From NCBI GenBank assembly GCA_050951805.1, contig JBMNJT010000001.1:15814-79813 (forward strand): a stretch of 64,000 bases of DNA, read 5' to 3'. Position 1 is the stretch's first letter, and the number at the start of each line of letters is the position of its first letter. This document shows, piece after piece, positions 52,994 to 62,025 of the stretch. Under the pieces are notes generated by a model. That model ran no database searches. It saw nothing but the letters and a program-made list of their open reading frames with translations, and was not told the origin of the DNA. The position numbers were made by a program, and so were the translations under genes. The stretch comes from Bacillota bacterium (GTDB lineage: Bacteria > Bacillota > DTU025).

Positions 52994-53021
52994 GATTCTC
53001 AACTCAATGGGGAACACCTGC
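52994..53021 (-). promoter_or_regulatory. SigH-like promoter of the DegT gene
   Basis: GCAGGTGTT-N11-TGAGAATC about 40 nt upstream of the start. Confidence 0.35.
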
Positions 53022-53150
53022 TTGCGCCCTGCGATTATCGCTTCAGCCATCCGTATAGCATTTACCCTTTCTGGGTCAGGATTCCGGGCGGTCTTGAAAA
53101 GTCAAATGAGGATCCATAGCATGCCGGGCAACACTATCGCCTAGCACAGA

Positions 53151-53195
53151 GCAGAAAGAGGCCCGCAACGCCTTCATCTTCCGCGCTGCGGGCCT
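53151..53195 (-). terminator. Probable terminator after barrel gene 4
   Basis: AGGCCCGCAGCGC...GCGTTGCGGGCCT stem followed by CTTTCT on the minus strand. Confidence 0.5.
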
Positions 53196-53246
53196 TGCTG
53201 CCGAACACGGCCCGATTGGCCGGCCCGGCTGACACTCTTCACCTAG

Positions 53247-54131
53247 TTAAAACCTCACATTCAGCGAAACCCTGTGCGAATCAGGGAGCACGCTATGGGT
53301 CTGGTACGCATAGTCCACGGAGAAGCCCTCCATGGCAAACCCTGCGCCCGCCGTGAGCGATGTCTCATCCCCGTCCAGCACTCCGCCGGCTCTGAGGGCA
53401 AACTGCTTGACGCGGTATTCAGCCCCGACCCTTGCCGCAAGGCCATCCTCGAACACTGCATCAGCAGCAAACAAAAGGCTATCCGAAGGACGGTAGGCCG
53501 CGCCTACACCAAAGGCTCGTTCGAAGGCATCTTCAGCTATATTGTCGTACCGCACTTTGCCCATGAGGTTCCTGGCAACAGCGCCAAAGCTCAGCTTGGC
53601 ATCGTCCATCACGTATAGCACTCCGACATCTCCTGTAACGCCTTTGCCTGATACATCAGGCAGCGACTGGCTATAGAGCTTCACCGTTCCGCCAAGGCTG
53701 AGCCCTGGCACGACTTCGCGTCCGTATCCGGCCATCGCCGTGAAATCACTCATTCCAAAGGTTCCGATCACGTTTGCAAATTCATCAGTCTCTTCAATCC
53801 CTGAAGCATTGAGCCTGAGGAATCCCCCGCCCACGTTCTTCTGAGCGTATCCTAAGGCCATGTACCCGGCAGCCCCGTGCAGGCTCGTGTAGAGCGAAGT
53901 CACGCTCCGTCCCTCTATCCTTGCAAGCCCTGCGGGGTTGTAGTAGATCACGGCTGCGTCATCGGCCACGGCGATATGGGCACCGCCCATCCCCATGGCC
54001 CGAGCGCCCATCCCTATGTCAAGCATTGCAGCGGTACCGATAGGATCGGCATCTTCTGCGGCAAAAGCCGCAGCCGACATGGCCAACACCAATGTTACCG
54101 CCAACAGAAACGCGCTTATCTTCCGTTGCAT
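53247..54131 (-). CDS. PorV/PorQ (FadL-like) outer-membrane beta-barrel, copy 4 (divergent)
   Basis: GARAMGMGGAHIAVADDAAVIYYNPAGL; ends VDYAY...HRVSLNVRF. Start at MQRKI (54131) behind AAGGAGGA. Confidence 0.85.
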   Translation of the reverse strand: MQRKISAFLLAVTLVLAMSAAAFAAEDADPIGTAAMLDIGMGARAMGMGGAHIAVADDAAVIYYNPAGLARIEGRSVTSLYTSLHGAAGYMALGYAQKNVGGGFLRLNASGIEETDEFANVIGTFGMSDFTAMAGYGREVVPGLSLGGTVKLYSQSLPDVSGKGVTGDVGVLYVMDDAKLSFGAVARNLMGKVRYDNIAEDAFERAFGVGAAYRPSDSLLFAADAVFEDGLAARVGAEYRVKQFALRAGGVLDGDETSLTAGAGFAMEGFSVDYAYQTHSVLPDSHRVSLNVRF

Positions 54132-54179
54132 CAGCTGGTCCTCCTTTGCTTTCATGACCTGGTGCTTTGCTTACCCCTC

Positions 54180-54218
54180 AGAGGAGGCGCAGGGAAACCC
54201 GCCCTGCGCCCCGCCTCT
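54180..54218 (-). other. Intergenic stem-loop between giant 4 and barrel 4
   Basis: GGCGCAGGG-AAACCCG-CCCTGCGCC stem with an outer AGAGG/CCTCT extension; no U-tract. Confidence 0.55.
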
Positions 54219-54248
54219 AAGAGGCACATTCATTGCTTTTTGAGTTGT

Positions 54249-57200
54249 CTACCTCTGTATGACCAGCCGTCCCACTTCGGACCTCTCGCCTGTCTCAGTC
54301 ACCAACACATAGAGATACAGCCCATTGGAAATTGGCCTATCCCCCGCCATGAGGTTCCAATGGTGCGCGTTAGCGGCTGCTGGCAATTCTGCCTCATAGA
54401 CGAGTCTTCCGGCTACATCATATACGTATAGCCTTCCATCTGCCTCGATATCGTAATAGAAGATCACATTGTCTTCTGCCGGGTTTGGCGCAGCCACAAC
54501 AGACCGCGATATCACAATGATTGTGAACTCCTCACTTGTATCGGTTCCTGCTCCGCCCTTGGGATCAGTAGCAGTAATCCGCACAATATAGCACCCACCC
54601 TTATTCAAAAGTGTGGTGTCCCATATGTATAAGCCCTCGTTGTTCTCTCCATCAGCGATTGTCATCCATGATTCGCCGCCGTCAGAAGACTGTTCGATCT
54701 TGATTGTGAGAGTATCATCAGGATCATCTACATCAGTAGCTATCCATACGATCTCGTGCTTGCCCACCCATAATTCTCCTCCAACGGGCGCAAGCAGTGT
54801 AACCCGTGGAAGCATGTCCGGCTTCATGGTCCTTGCGATGGTAGCTGGCGCTCCATCATTATCGACCACGGTAAGGGTGACTTCGTATTCTCCAAGCTCA
54901 CTATAAACATGGATGGGATGTTGCTCTGAAGACACAGTCCCATCGCCAAAATCCCATGCCCAGCTGCTTATTATCCCGTCCGGATCGACCGATTTGTCGA
55001 TGAAATGAACCGCTAAGTCTTCCACGAACCTGTATTCAAAATCGACCACCGGTTCAGCATTGACCAAAACAACCTGCCGAGTATCACTGGCCACTGCTCC
55101 ATCGGAATCTGTCACTGTGAGGGTTACAGAGTACGTGTGGTTCATCGCATAGGTATGAACCGGATTCTGTTCAGACGAAGATCCGCCGTCTCCAAAATCC
55201 CATAGCCAACTGACGATCTCCCCGCCATCTTCATCCACTGATTTGTCTGTGAACGTAACCGTATTGGGTTCATCTTCGCGCCATTCAAAACTCGCCCTCA
55301 GTCCGTCCACTCGTAAGGTCACAGGAACCACTATGAGGGGATTGTCCAAAGCGTTGCTGGTTACGGCAATGCTCGTGCTGCAAACATCGCCCACACTCAT
55401 TCTATCTGTGTCAAATGCCAGAGTAACGTGTGAAGCTGCTCCGGGCTCCACAATATCTTCGACCGGATCGGCGCTCAGCCACACGGGCATGTCTTCTAGT
55501 AAGAAACCCATATCCAGGAGATATGCCGTATTGTTTAGATCAGTCATCCAAACGTTGCCGTGCTCGTCTGCCTCGCAGCCGCCAGCTTTGTTCCTGCTGC
55601 CACTCGGATGCTGAAACCAAGTGAGCATTTCACCAGTGCTGGAATCCATGATGGCCACCATGTCCGGTCGACCATTTAGCGTCAAGACCAAGTACCTGCC
55701 GACTCGTGCGATGCCTGCCACTGGCAGAGTACTATCGTCATACGTCCGAAGAATCTCACCGGGTCTGGGCCATGAAAGCCCCGCAATTTTGTAGATTACC
55801 AGCTGGTTCCACCCGCCGATGTAGAACACGTCCTCCACAGGATCGTATGCAATTCCCCGCTGGGAGGTGGCATCCCAAATACCGTAGGGATCCCTTATTG
55901 ATGTGACCACTTCGCCATCGGCAGGGTCTATGCAGTATATCCTGTTATCGCCTCCCACATTGACGTGCCAGAGATATTCTCCATCCCAAGCGAGGTCGGC
56001 CGCCCATTGTCCTACCCAGGGCAACTCGAAAGTTACGCCTGTCTTCTCTCCCTCGGTAGTGAATTGCCAATCGCGCTTTCTGAGATCAGTGAACCACACG
56101 TTCTCCCCATCGTATCCACAACCCCATGCTCTGAATACTCCATTTATCGGCCATGATTGCACCTTATCGCCAATATCCAGTTTTGTGATGGTTCTGTCTT
56201 CAATAACAAACTGATCCCCAGAATCATACGCATTCGGATCCCAACCATCCAAAACTGCCTTTCTTTCGTAGCCCGTGAAATTGGCTTCGTTCGTCTTAAA
56301 ACCCGTCACCATGAATCTCAATGGCGAAGTCCCGCTATTTTGTATTTCCAGTCGACGTGTCGCTGTGCTGTGTGGGATTACTGAAACGACCAGAGCATCA
56401 GGTTTGACACTGGCATAAGCAGCCCCCTCAACCCTGACTGGCACTGTAACTGAAGTGCTTGCTCCCAGGTTGTCCACGGCATGGAAGGAGGCTTCATAGA
56501 ATCCAGGATTCTCATAAACATGAGTGGTCTGGAGATCGTGCTCGGGAGGGGTCCCATCTCCAAAATCCCACCACAAATCGGCCAGTTCTCCATCTGAGTC
56601 ATACGCTCCCGCTTCAAGCATCACCGTTAGGGGCGGTTCGCCATGATCGGGAGTGACCGTGGCCTTTGTTACAACAGGCAACTCGTTGCCTGTCACTGCG
56701 ATGTTCACCGGCACGGCTATGACCGGGTTGACAGGATCGTCGATGTTCACCAATATCTGCCGCGCGTATTTGCCTTCATCTAGCATCTGGGCGTCGATGA
56801 CTACTTCTATGTCGATCATCTCACCGGGCCTCACCGCGCCAATCCTTCTACCGAACGAAATGCCATCTGCCTCGTGGATCAGCTCCACTGCCATGTTGCT
56901 ATGGAGGTACTCGGCATTGCAGATGACTTGGAGGCCCACTTCGCCAGATCTGTCTTCAATGCCCACTGTGGCATTGGTCATGGTTCCATCCATGCTGGCA
57001 TACTGGTACACAATCTTCCCGTTGCGGTACAGTATTGCCTGGAAGTTGAAGCAACCTTCTGGGACCTTGTTTTCGATGCGATGGGCGCCCACCCACGACA
57101 CAATGAATCTTTCATTTGCAGCGTCGTAATAGTAATAGACCCCGCCATCAGTAACCTGCAGATCATCCCAGAAAACAGCTATTAGATCATTGGGAAGGGC

Positions 57201-59981
57201 ACGATCGGGCAGGGCCGTGTTCACAGCTGCGGAACCTGTGACGCCAAAAGTGAGGAACCCATCAGCGGAAATCGTAACCCTATTCTTCGCTTCGCCATAA
57301 AACATGAATTCGAACGGCAACTCGATATCTATGGAGTAATCATCACCCAGTACGCCGAGGGTACCCCGATCCGTGATGTCAACCCATTTGAACTCGGGTC
57401 CCTCCGGGCTATCGCTATCTCTCCATATGTAGCCATACGTATCGCGTCTGCCGAATGGCCCATCGCCGCCCGGATTGCCAGCGTCCGATCGGTCAATGCC
57501 AAGCTCGAAGAAGAACCTCGATTCTCCCGTATTGGATATGGCAAGGACCTCAGACGCTGATGACCCGCGGGCGAGGGTTATATCGAAAGACTCGGGGCAA
57601 ACAGACGCCTTCGGATCTCCCTCTTCAGAGATAAACTCATATATTGCCGCCATGACGTCTGTCGCAGTCGCCTCAATCCCGGTGTCTGCGTTCTCTCCGT
57701 CGGTCCATTTGATATCAGGAATCGCCTCAAACGGGAAGACGAAGAAAACCAACCTGTACGTATCCGGTCCATAGTACTTCAGCGCACAGGGGCGCCCCGA
57801 ATCGTTACTGAATATCGGGGTTGCGTATTTATCAGGAAGTACTGTGTCGCTGTAGTCTTTGAACGGGTAATCCAGCTTGATAACCATCCCATCAGTGAGC
57901 GGATCATCCGGAATGCCGTACACGTTGTCTGTTCTAACATCCTTCACGTACTCGGCCACGTGTAGGTACTGCTGGACGAAGGCATTATCACGACCTAAGT
58001 CCCAGATGATGTCCTGACCGCATAGGAATAATCTGCCGCCGTTATCAAGATACTGCGAAAGCCAGATTTGATCCTCGGAGGTCAATGTCCGCTGCATTGT
58101 TCTGCCGGTGGTCCATATCACAGGATTGCTGATATCAGGGGAAAATGGCACAGGTGGTTCCACTAATACCCATGGCACTCCAATGCCATTCAAAGCATTG
58201 AGGAATACCTCGCTATCGCTCGCCCCACCATCATCGTCCACAAAGATGACGGAGCCCTCGTCATACACGGTAACCCTCACGCTCGCATTTGCCCCAATAC
58301 CATTTCTCCCTATGGCGTAGAAAGTTGAAGTATACATGCCCGTCTGACCATATACATGACTGGCCGTATATGCATGCACCGCTTCGCTGCCATCCCCGAA
58401 ATCCCACCACGCATCCAAAATATTCGCTTCATCTTCCACCGTAGCCGCAAAGGTAACCGCCAATGGAGGGCTCCCATAGGGAGGAAAACCACTTACATTA
58501 GCGATCTTCGGCGGAACCTGCTGTCGCAGGGCGTTGCAGATGTTTAGCCGCCCACCAGATAGAACTACGCCCTCGAGATCGGGCTTCTTGTCAGCAGTCG
58601 ACAGAATGAGTTCTTTTATTGTCACCTGGTCATCCTGCCAATCACTACCCCAAGGGTAAAAAAGCATATCCGGAAACTCGGCCATTAGCACTGCGCAGGC
58701 TCCCGCAACGTGTGGAGTCGCCATGGATGTGCCATTCATCCATGCATATGGCAGATATCCCTCCGGGGTTTGGTCTGTAGGCAGTGTCGAAAGAATACGG
58801 TGGCCCGGAGCGGCAATATCCACTGTGGTCTTTCCCCAACACGAAAAAGCCGCCAGCCTATCATTGCAGTCGGTTGCGGCGACCGCGATTATGTTATCCA
58901 GTGGAAAACTGGACGGGTAATGGCTTTGTTTTGGATATTTAGAATCATTATCGCTCCCAGTATTTCCCGCAGCGCATATATGGAGCAAATCACAGGCCCT
59001 GAAGGCATCCTCGAGCGCTGGATCGAGGGGCCCGCTGTACCCCCAGGAATTCGAGGTGATATGCGCTCCGTTGTTCCAAGCATACGCTAGAGCTTCAATA
59101 GCATTACCAGTGTCCCCGACACCATCTTCAAGAAACTTCAAACACATAATCTTGGTGTTCCAGGCAATTCCGGTCACTCCAAGGCCATTGTTGCCTACAG
59201 CGCCTATGGTTCCCGCGGTATGCGTTCCATGTGAATCCAAGCCATCATACACGCTGTTGTCATCGTTTGCGAAATCCCATCCATAAATATCATCAATATA
59301 CCCGTTTCCGTCATCATCGGCACCATTGCCCGGGATCTCCCCGGAATTAATCCATATATTATCCATAAGATCCGGATGATCCCACTCTATCCCGGTATCG
59401 AGAACGGCAACAACGATTTCTGGCACATCGTGCCTGATGGCCCACGCCTCAGGCGCATCTATGTCAGCATCAGGAGTACCGACGAGCCCCGGGTACGATT
59501 CTTGACCGGTATTGTTCAGGCCCCACATCCTGGGAAACAGGGGATCGTCCGGGATCACTGCTGATGGCGAATCGTACGCATAAACCTTTCTCTGTGGCGA
59601 TACGTACATTACTTGCGGGTTTGCCCCGAGTTTTTCGACCACGCTTTCCGCATTGATTCTCTGGCCATCACAGACCTTCACCCGATAAATAGTCAGTCCT
59701 TGAGGAAATGCATCACTCGGCTTGAACCATATCGGCTTTACAATCTTCATCCCGATACGGTCCAAGCTGCCCGTAACCTCCGAAGAACCTACACCGTCAA
59801 TGAATCTAACCAGATATTCGCCATCCTCAAACGCCTCCCCAGCCAGTTCCTGCTGGGCCCAGGCATTCCCAGCATCTACCGGGCTAGCTGTAGATGCCGA
59901 CTCGACCGAAGCCGCAAAGAATACAATGATGACCATGATAATTGCCATACTTGCCCAATTTGGGCGCCTAGCCTTGGCCAC
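54249..59981 (-). CDS. Large secreted S8 subtilase 4 (1910 aa): 4 PKD, an extra alpha/beta domain, 1 nidogen-like, 1 beta-propeller, T9SS-A-like CTD
   Basis: Signal peptide; VLDTG, HGTHTAG, AAGN and GTSMATPHV; CTD VVAAPNPAEDNV...YDVAGRLV...ISNGLYLY...GRLVIQR. GTG start behind GGAGGGAG. Confidence 0.93.
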   Translation of the reverse strand: MAKARRPNWASMAIIMVIIVFFAASVESASTASPVDAGNAWAQQELAGEAFEDGEYLVRFIDGVGSSEVTGSLDRIGMKIVKPIWFKPSDAFPQGLTIYRVKVCDGQRINAESVVEKLGANPQVMYVSPQRKVYAYDSPSAVIPDDPLFPRMWGLNNTGQESYPGLVGTPDADIDAPEAWAIRHDVPEIVVAVLDTGIEWDHPDLMDNIWINSGEIPGNGADDDGNGYIDDIYGWDFANDDNSVYDGLDSHGTHTAGTIGAVGNNGLGVTGIAWNTKIMCLKFLEDGVGDTGNAIEALAYAWNNGAHITSNSWGYSGPLDPALEDAFRACDLLHICAAGNTGSDNDSKYPKQSHYPSSFPLDNIIAVAATDCNDRLAAFSCWGKTTVDIAAPGHRILSTLPTDQTPEGYLPYAWMNGTSMATPHVAGACAVLMAEFPDMLFYPWGSDWQDDQVTIKELILSTADKKPDLEGVVLSGGRLNICNALRQQVPPKIANVSGFPPYGSPPLAVTFAATVEDEANILDAWWDFGDGSEAVHAYTASHVYGQTGMYTSTFYAIGRNGIGANASVRVTVYDEGSVIFVDDDGGASDSEVFLNALNGIGVPWVLVEPPVPFSPDISNPVIWTTGRTMQRTLTSEDQIWLSQYLDNGGRLFLCGQDIIWDLGRDNAFVQQYLHVAEYVKDVRTDNVYGIPDDPLTDGMVIKLDYPFKDYSDTVLPDKYATPIFSNDSGRPCALKYYGPDTYRLVFFVFPFEAIPDIKWTDGENADTGIEATATDVMAAIYEFISEEGDPKASVCPESFDITLARGSSASEVLAISNTGESRFFFELGIDRSDAGNPGGDGPFGRRDTYGYIWRDSDSPEGPEFKWVDITDRGTLGVLGDDYSIDIELPFEFMFYGEAKNRVTISADGFLTFGVTGSAAVNTALPDRALPNDLIAVFWDDLQVTDGGVYYYYDAANERFIVSWVGAHRIENKVPEGCFNFQAILYRNGKIVYQYASMDGTMTNATVGIEDRSGEVGLQVICNAEYLHSNMAVELIHEADGISFGRRIGAVRPGEMIDIEVVIDAQMLDEGKYARQILVNIDDPVNPVIAVPVNIAVTGNELPVVTKATVTPDHGEPPLTVMLEAGAYDSDGELADLWWDFGDGTPPEHDLQTTHVYENPGFYEASFHAVDNLGASTSVTVPVRVEGAAYASVKPDALVVSVIPHSTATRRLEIQNSGTSPLRFMVTGFKTNEANFTGYERKAVLDGWDPNAYDSGDQFVIEDRTITKLDIGDKVQSWPINGVFRAWGCGYDGENVWFTDLRKRDWQFTTEGEKTGVTFELPWVGQWAADLAWDGEYLWHVNVGGDNRIYCIDPADGEVVTSIRDPYGIWDATSQRGIAYDPVEDVFYIGGWNQLVIYKIAGLSWPRPGEILRTYDDSTLPVAGIARVGRYLVLTLNGRPDMVAIMDSSTGEMLTWFQHPSGSRNKAGGCEADEHGNVWMTDLNNTAYLLDMGFLLEDMPVWLSADPVEDIVEPGAASHVTLAFDTDRMSVGDVCSTSIAVTSNALDNPLIVVPVTLRVDGLRASFEWREDEPNTVTFTDKSVDEDGGEIVSWLWDFGDGGSSSEQNPVHTYAMNHTYSVTLTVTDSDGAVASDTRQVVLVNAEPVVDFEYRFVEDLAVHFIDKSVDPDGIISSWAWDFGDGTVSSEQHPIHVYSELGEYEVTLTVVDNDGAPATIARTMKPDMLPRVTLLAPVGGELWVGKHEIVWIATDVDDPDDTLTIKIEQSSDGGESWMTIADGENNEGLYIWDTTLLNKGGCYIVRITATDPKGGAGTDTSEEFTIIVISRSVVAAPNPAEDNVIFYYDIEADGRLYVYDVAGRLVYEAELPAAANAHHWNLMAGDRPISNGLYLYVLVTETGERSEVGRLVIQR

Positions 59982-60037
59982 TAATCTCCCTCCACTTCAT
60001 TCAGATAATAATCACAAACCAGTACCTCAGATTTATT

Positions 60038-60053
60038 TGCAATATCTGTGCCA
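60038..60053 (-). promoter_or_regulatory. Sigma-54 (-24/-12) promoter of giant 4
   Basis: Minus strand reads TGGCAC-AGATA-TTGCA, matching the TGGCAC-N5-TTGCW consensus, 57 nt upstream of the start. Confidence 0.88.
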
Positions 60054-60109
60054 TGATTTGATCAACACGTATCCGCTGGCAGAAGCCAGAGGGGGATGGC
60101 ACGTGCCCT

Positions 60110-60143
60110 AATCTCAATCTGAGATTGGTCTCACCTCGAGACC
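60110..60143. promoter_or_regulatory. Two adjacent enhancer-like palindromes (candidate binding sites for the sigma-54 activator)
   Basis: AATCTCA-ATC-TGAGATT (60110-60126) directly followed by GGTCTCA-CCT-CGAGACC (60127-60143), about 60-90 bp upstream of the -24 element. Confidence 0.75.
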
Positions 60144-60207
60144 ACGCTAAGGCAACAAAACAGGCAGACAATTAACGGGAGATAGCTGGCTACTTTATGC
60201 TTGACAG

Positions 60208-62025
60208 TTATCCGCCCAGATCATACTCACGGATCCTTCTATATACAGTGGCACGACTGATACCCAGTCGTTCCGCGATAGTCTCCTTTGCTTTGCCACT
60301 ATGCCCTAGCTGCCTCAAGCCCTCGGCTATAGCCATCCGTTCCCATTCCGATTTTGATACGAACCAGTTGAAGGCCTGACTTCCTGTTTCATTGGCTATG
60401 TCACCAGTCGACGAGCCTCCATGTTCCATTGTGCCTTTGGTCACCTGTGCCGGGAGGTGGTGAGGTTCTACAGTGTGTCCTAGGCACGTATGGAGAACAT
60501 ATTGAGTCGCGTTTTCCAATTGCCTTATGTTGCCCGGCCAATCATAGACAAGCAGAATCTGCTCGACCTCCTCGCAAAGCACAGGAATGTCCCGCTGCGA
60601 TAAAATAGCATGCTTGTTCAGGAAATAATTGAAGAGGGGAATGATATCGGTCTTGCGTTCTCTTAGAGGCGGAATGCGGATGGGAATAACGTTCAAGCGG
60701 AAATACAAGTCCTCTCGGAACTCGCGCTGTCGAACCATTTGTTCGAGATTTCTATTGGTTGCAGCAATGATTCGCGCATTTGAAGTCAGAGTCTGTGTTC
60801 CACCGATACGACAAATCTCTCCATCGTCCAGTGCACGAAGGAGTTTCGCCTGAAGCCTCAGCGAGCAATCTGCAACCTCGTCGAGGAACAAGGTTCCTTC
60901 GTCTGCGAGCTCAAACTTGCCGGGCTTGCCCCCTTTGCGGGCGCCGGTAAACGCACCTTCTTCGTAACCAAACAGCTCCGAATCGAGCAGCTCCTCGGGC
61001 ATGGCAGCACAATTCACTGTGACAAATGGTCCATACCGTCGAGCGCTGTGATAATGAATAGCGCGAGCAAAGAGTTCCTTACCTGTGCCGCTCTCGCCAA
61101 TCAGCAAGACTGTGGAGAAGCTGGCCGCCGTACTGAGGGCCATCTTCTTAGCCTCCATGAGTGCAGGCGCCGTGCCAAGTATATTGTCGATGGGCTGGTC
61201 TGGCTGACTATTTGAAACTTGGTATGCAAAACGTCTTGCATTTTTGGAGCTGGTGAGCAACTCCACAGCGCCCACGACACAACCTCCGCTGCGCAGAACT
61301 GATCCACTGCTGACATACTGGATTCGCCCCGCCGGGACCGAGACTATGACCTCTTTCCCTTTATATGGCGTCCGGGTTTGCACAACTTCCAGTATAGGCG
61401 CATCAGCAACCACGTCACTGAGCTTTTTTCCTACAAGCTCGACTCCGTCTAAGCCAAGCACCTTTGATGCTGCTCGATTGCAGCAGAGAACAATTCCGTC
61501 GTCGTCTACTGCAATTATGCCTTCATCAACAGCATTGACTATACCAGTAAGCTGGTCACGAGATTTCTTGACTTCTTGTGTAACGTAGGCATTCTTCGCA
61601 CCGCTTTCAACGAGCCTGGCCATCTGTTCCATAAATGCCACATACTCGTCAGAACAGTTCACAACACGCCAGCGCTGATCTTCCGTGAAGCATATGAGGC
61701 CTACCACCCCTAAAGGTTCGCCATCCATCATGAGAGGATAAACCATGTGACATGTCTCGATACATTTCTCTGCGACTTCGCACTTCCCGCAGGCGACGTT
61801 CCGCCTCGGGTCCGTGATCAAGCGAGGTTTGCCAGTTCGCATTGACTCGGCAAAAACGGACGACGAGGCAACCTTCTGACCAACAAGTCTGGAGTATCGT
61901 CCAGTGCCGGCAACCCGCGTCAACCCGCGTTCAACTATAGTGACATCCAACTGCAAAACAGTAGACACTGCCTCAGCTACTTGCTGCATAAACTCGCACA
62001 TCGATCTGTCCCACAATGACATCAC
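60208..62025 (-). CDS. Sigma-54 enhancer-binding protein, YgeV-like (N-terminal sensor + PAS + AAA+ + Fis HTH)
   Basis: RVAGTG and CxxC-x5-C in the N-terminal domain; PAS; GESGTGKE; SELFGYEEGAFTGA; LFLDEV; WPGNIRQLEN; HTH LGISRATVYRR. Confidence 0.95.
   Translation of the reverse strand: MMSLWDRSMCEFMQQVAEAVSTVLQLDVTIVERGLTRVAGTGRYSRLVGQKVASSSVFAESMRTGKPRLITDPRRNVACGKCEVAEKCIETCHMVYPLMMDGEPLGVVGLICFTEDQRWRVVNCSDEYVAFMEQMARLVESGAKNAYVTQEVKKSRDQLTGIVNAVDEGIIAVDDDGIVLCCNRAASKVLGLDGVELVGKKLSDVVADAPILEVVQTRTPYKGKEVIVSVPAGRIQYVSSGSVLRSGGCVVGAVELLTSSKNARRFAYQVSNSQPDQPIDNILGTAPALMEAKKMALSTAASFSTVLLIGESGTGKELFARAIHYHSARRYGPFVTVNCAAMPEELLDSELFGYEEGAFTGARKGGKPGKFELADEGTLFLDEVADCSLRLQAKLLRALDDGEICRIGGTQTLTSNARIIAATNRNLEQMVRQREFREDLYFRLNVIPIRIPPLRERKTDIIPLFNYFLNKHAILSQRDIPVLCEEVEQILLVYDWPGNIRQLENATQYVLHTCLGHTVEPHHLPAQVTKGTMEHGGSSTGDIANETGSQAFNWFVSKSEWERMAIAEGLRQLGHSGKAKETIAERLGISRATVYRRIREYDLGG

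Noticed and set aside
20805-59981. Classical autotransporter (Va) or TpsA/TpsB (Vb) assignment
   Set aside because: The giants have no C-terminal barrel or recognisable TPS domain, and the 292-aa partners have no POTRA domains and carry a FadL/PorV motif rather than Omp85 features.
60097-60112. Plus-strand TGGCACGTGCC as a second sigma-54 promoter
   Set aside because: There is no TTGC at -12 and no plus-strand gene downstream.
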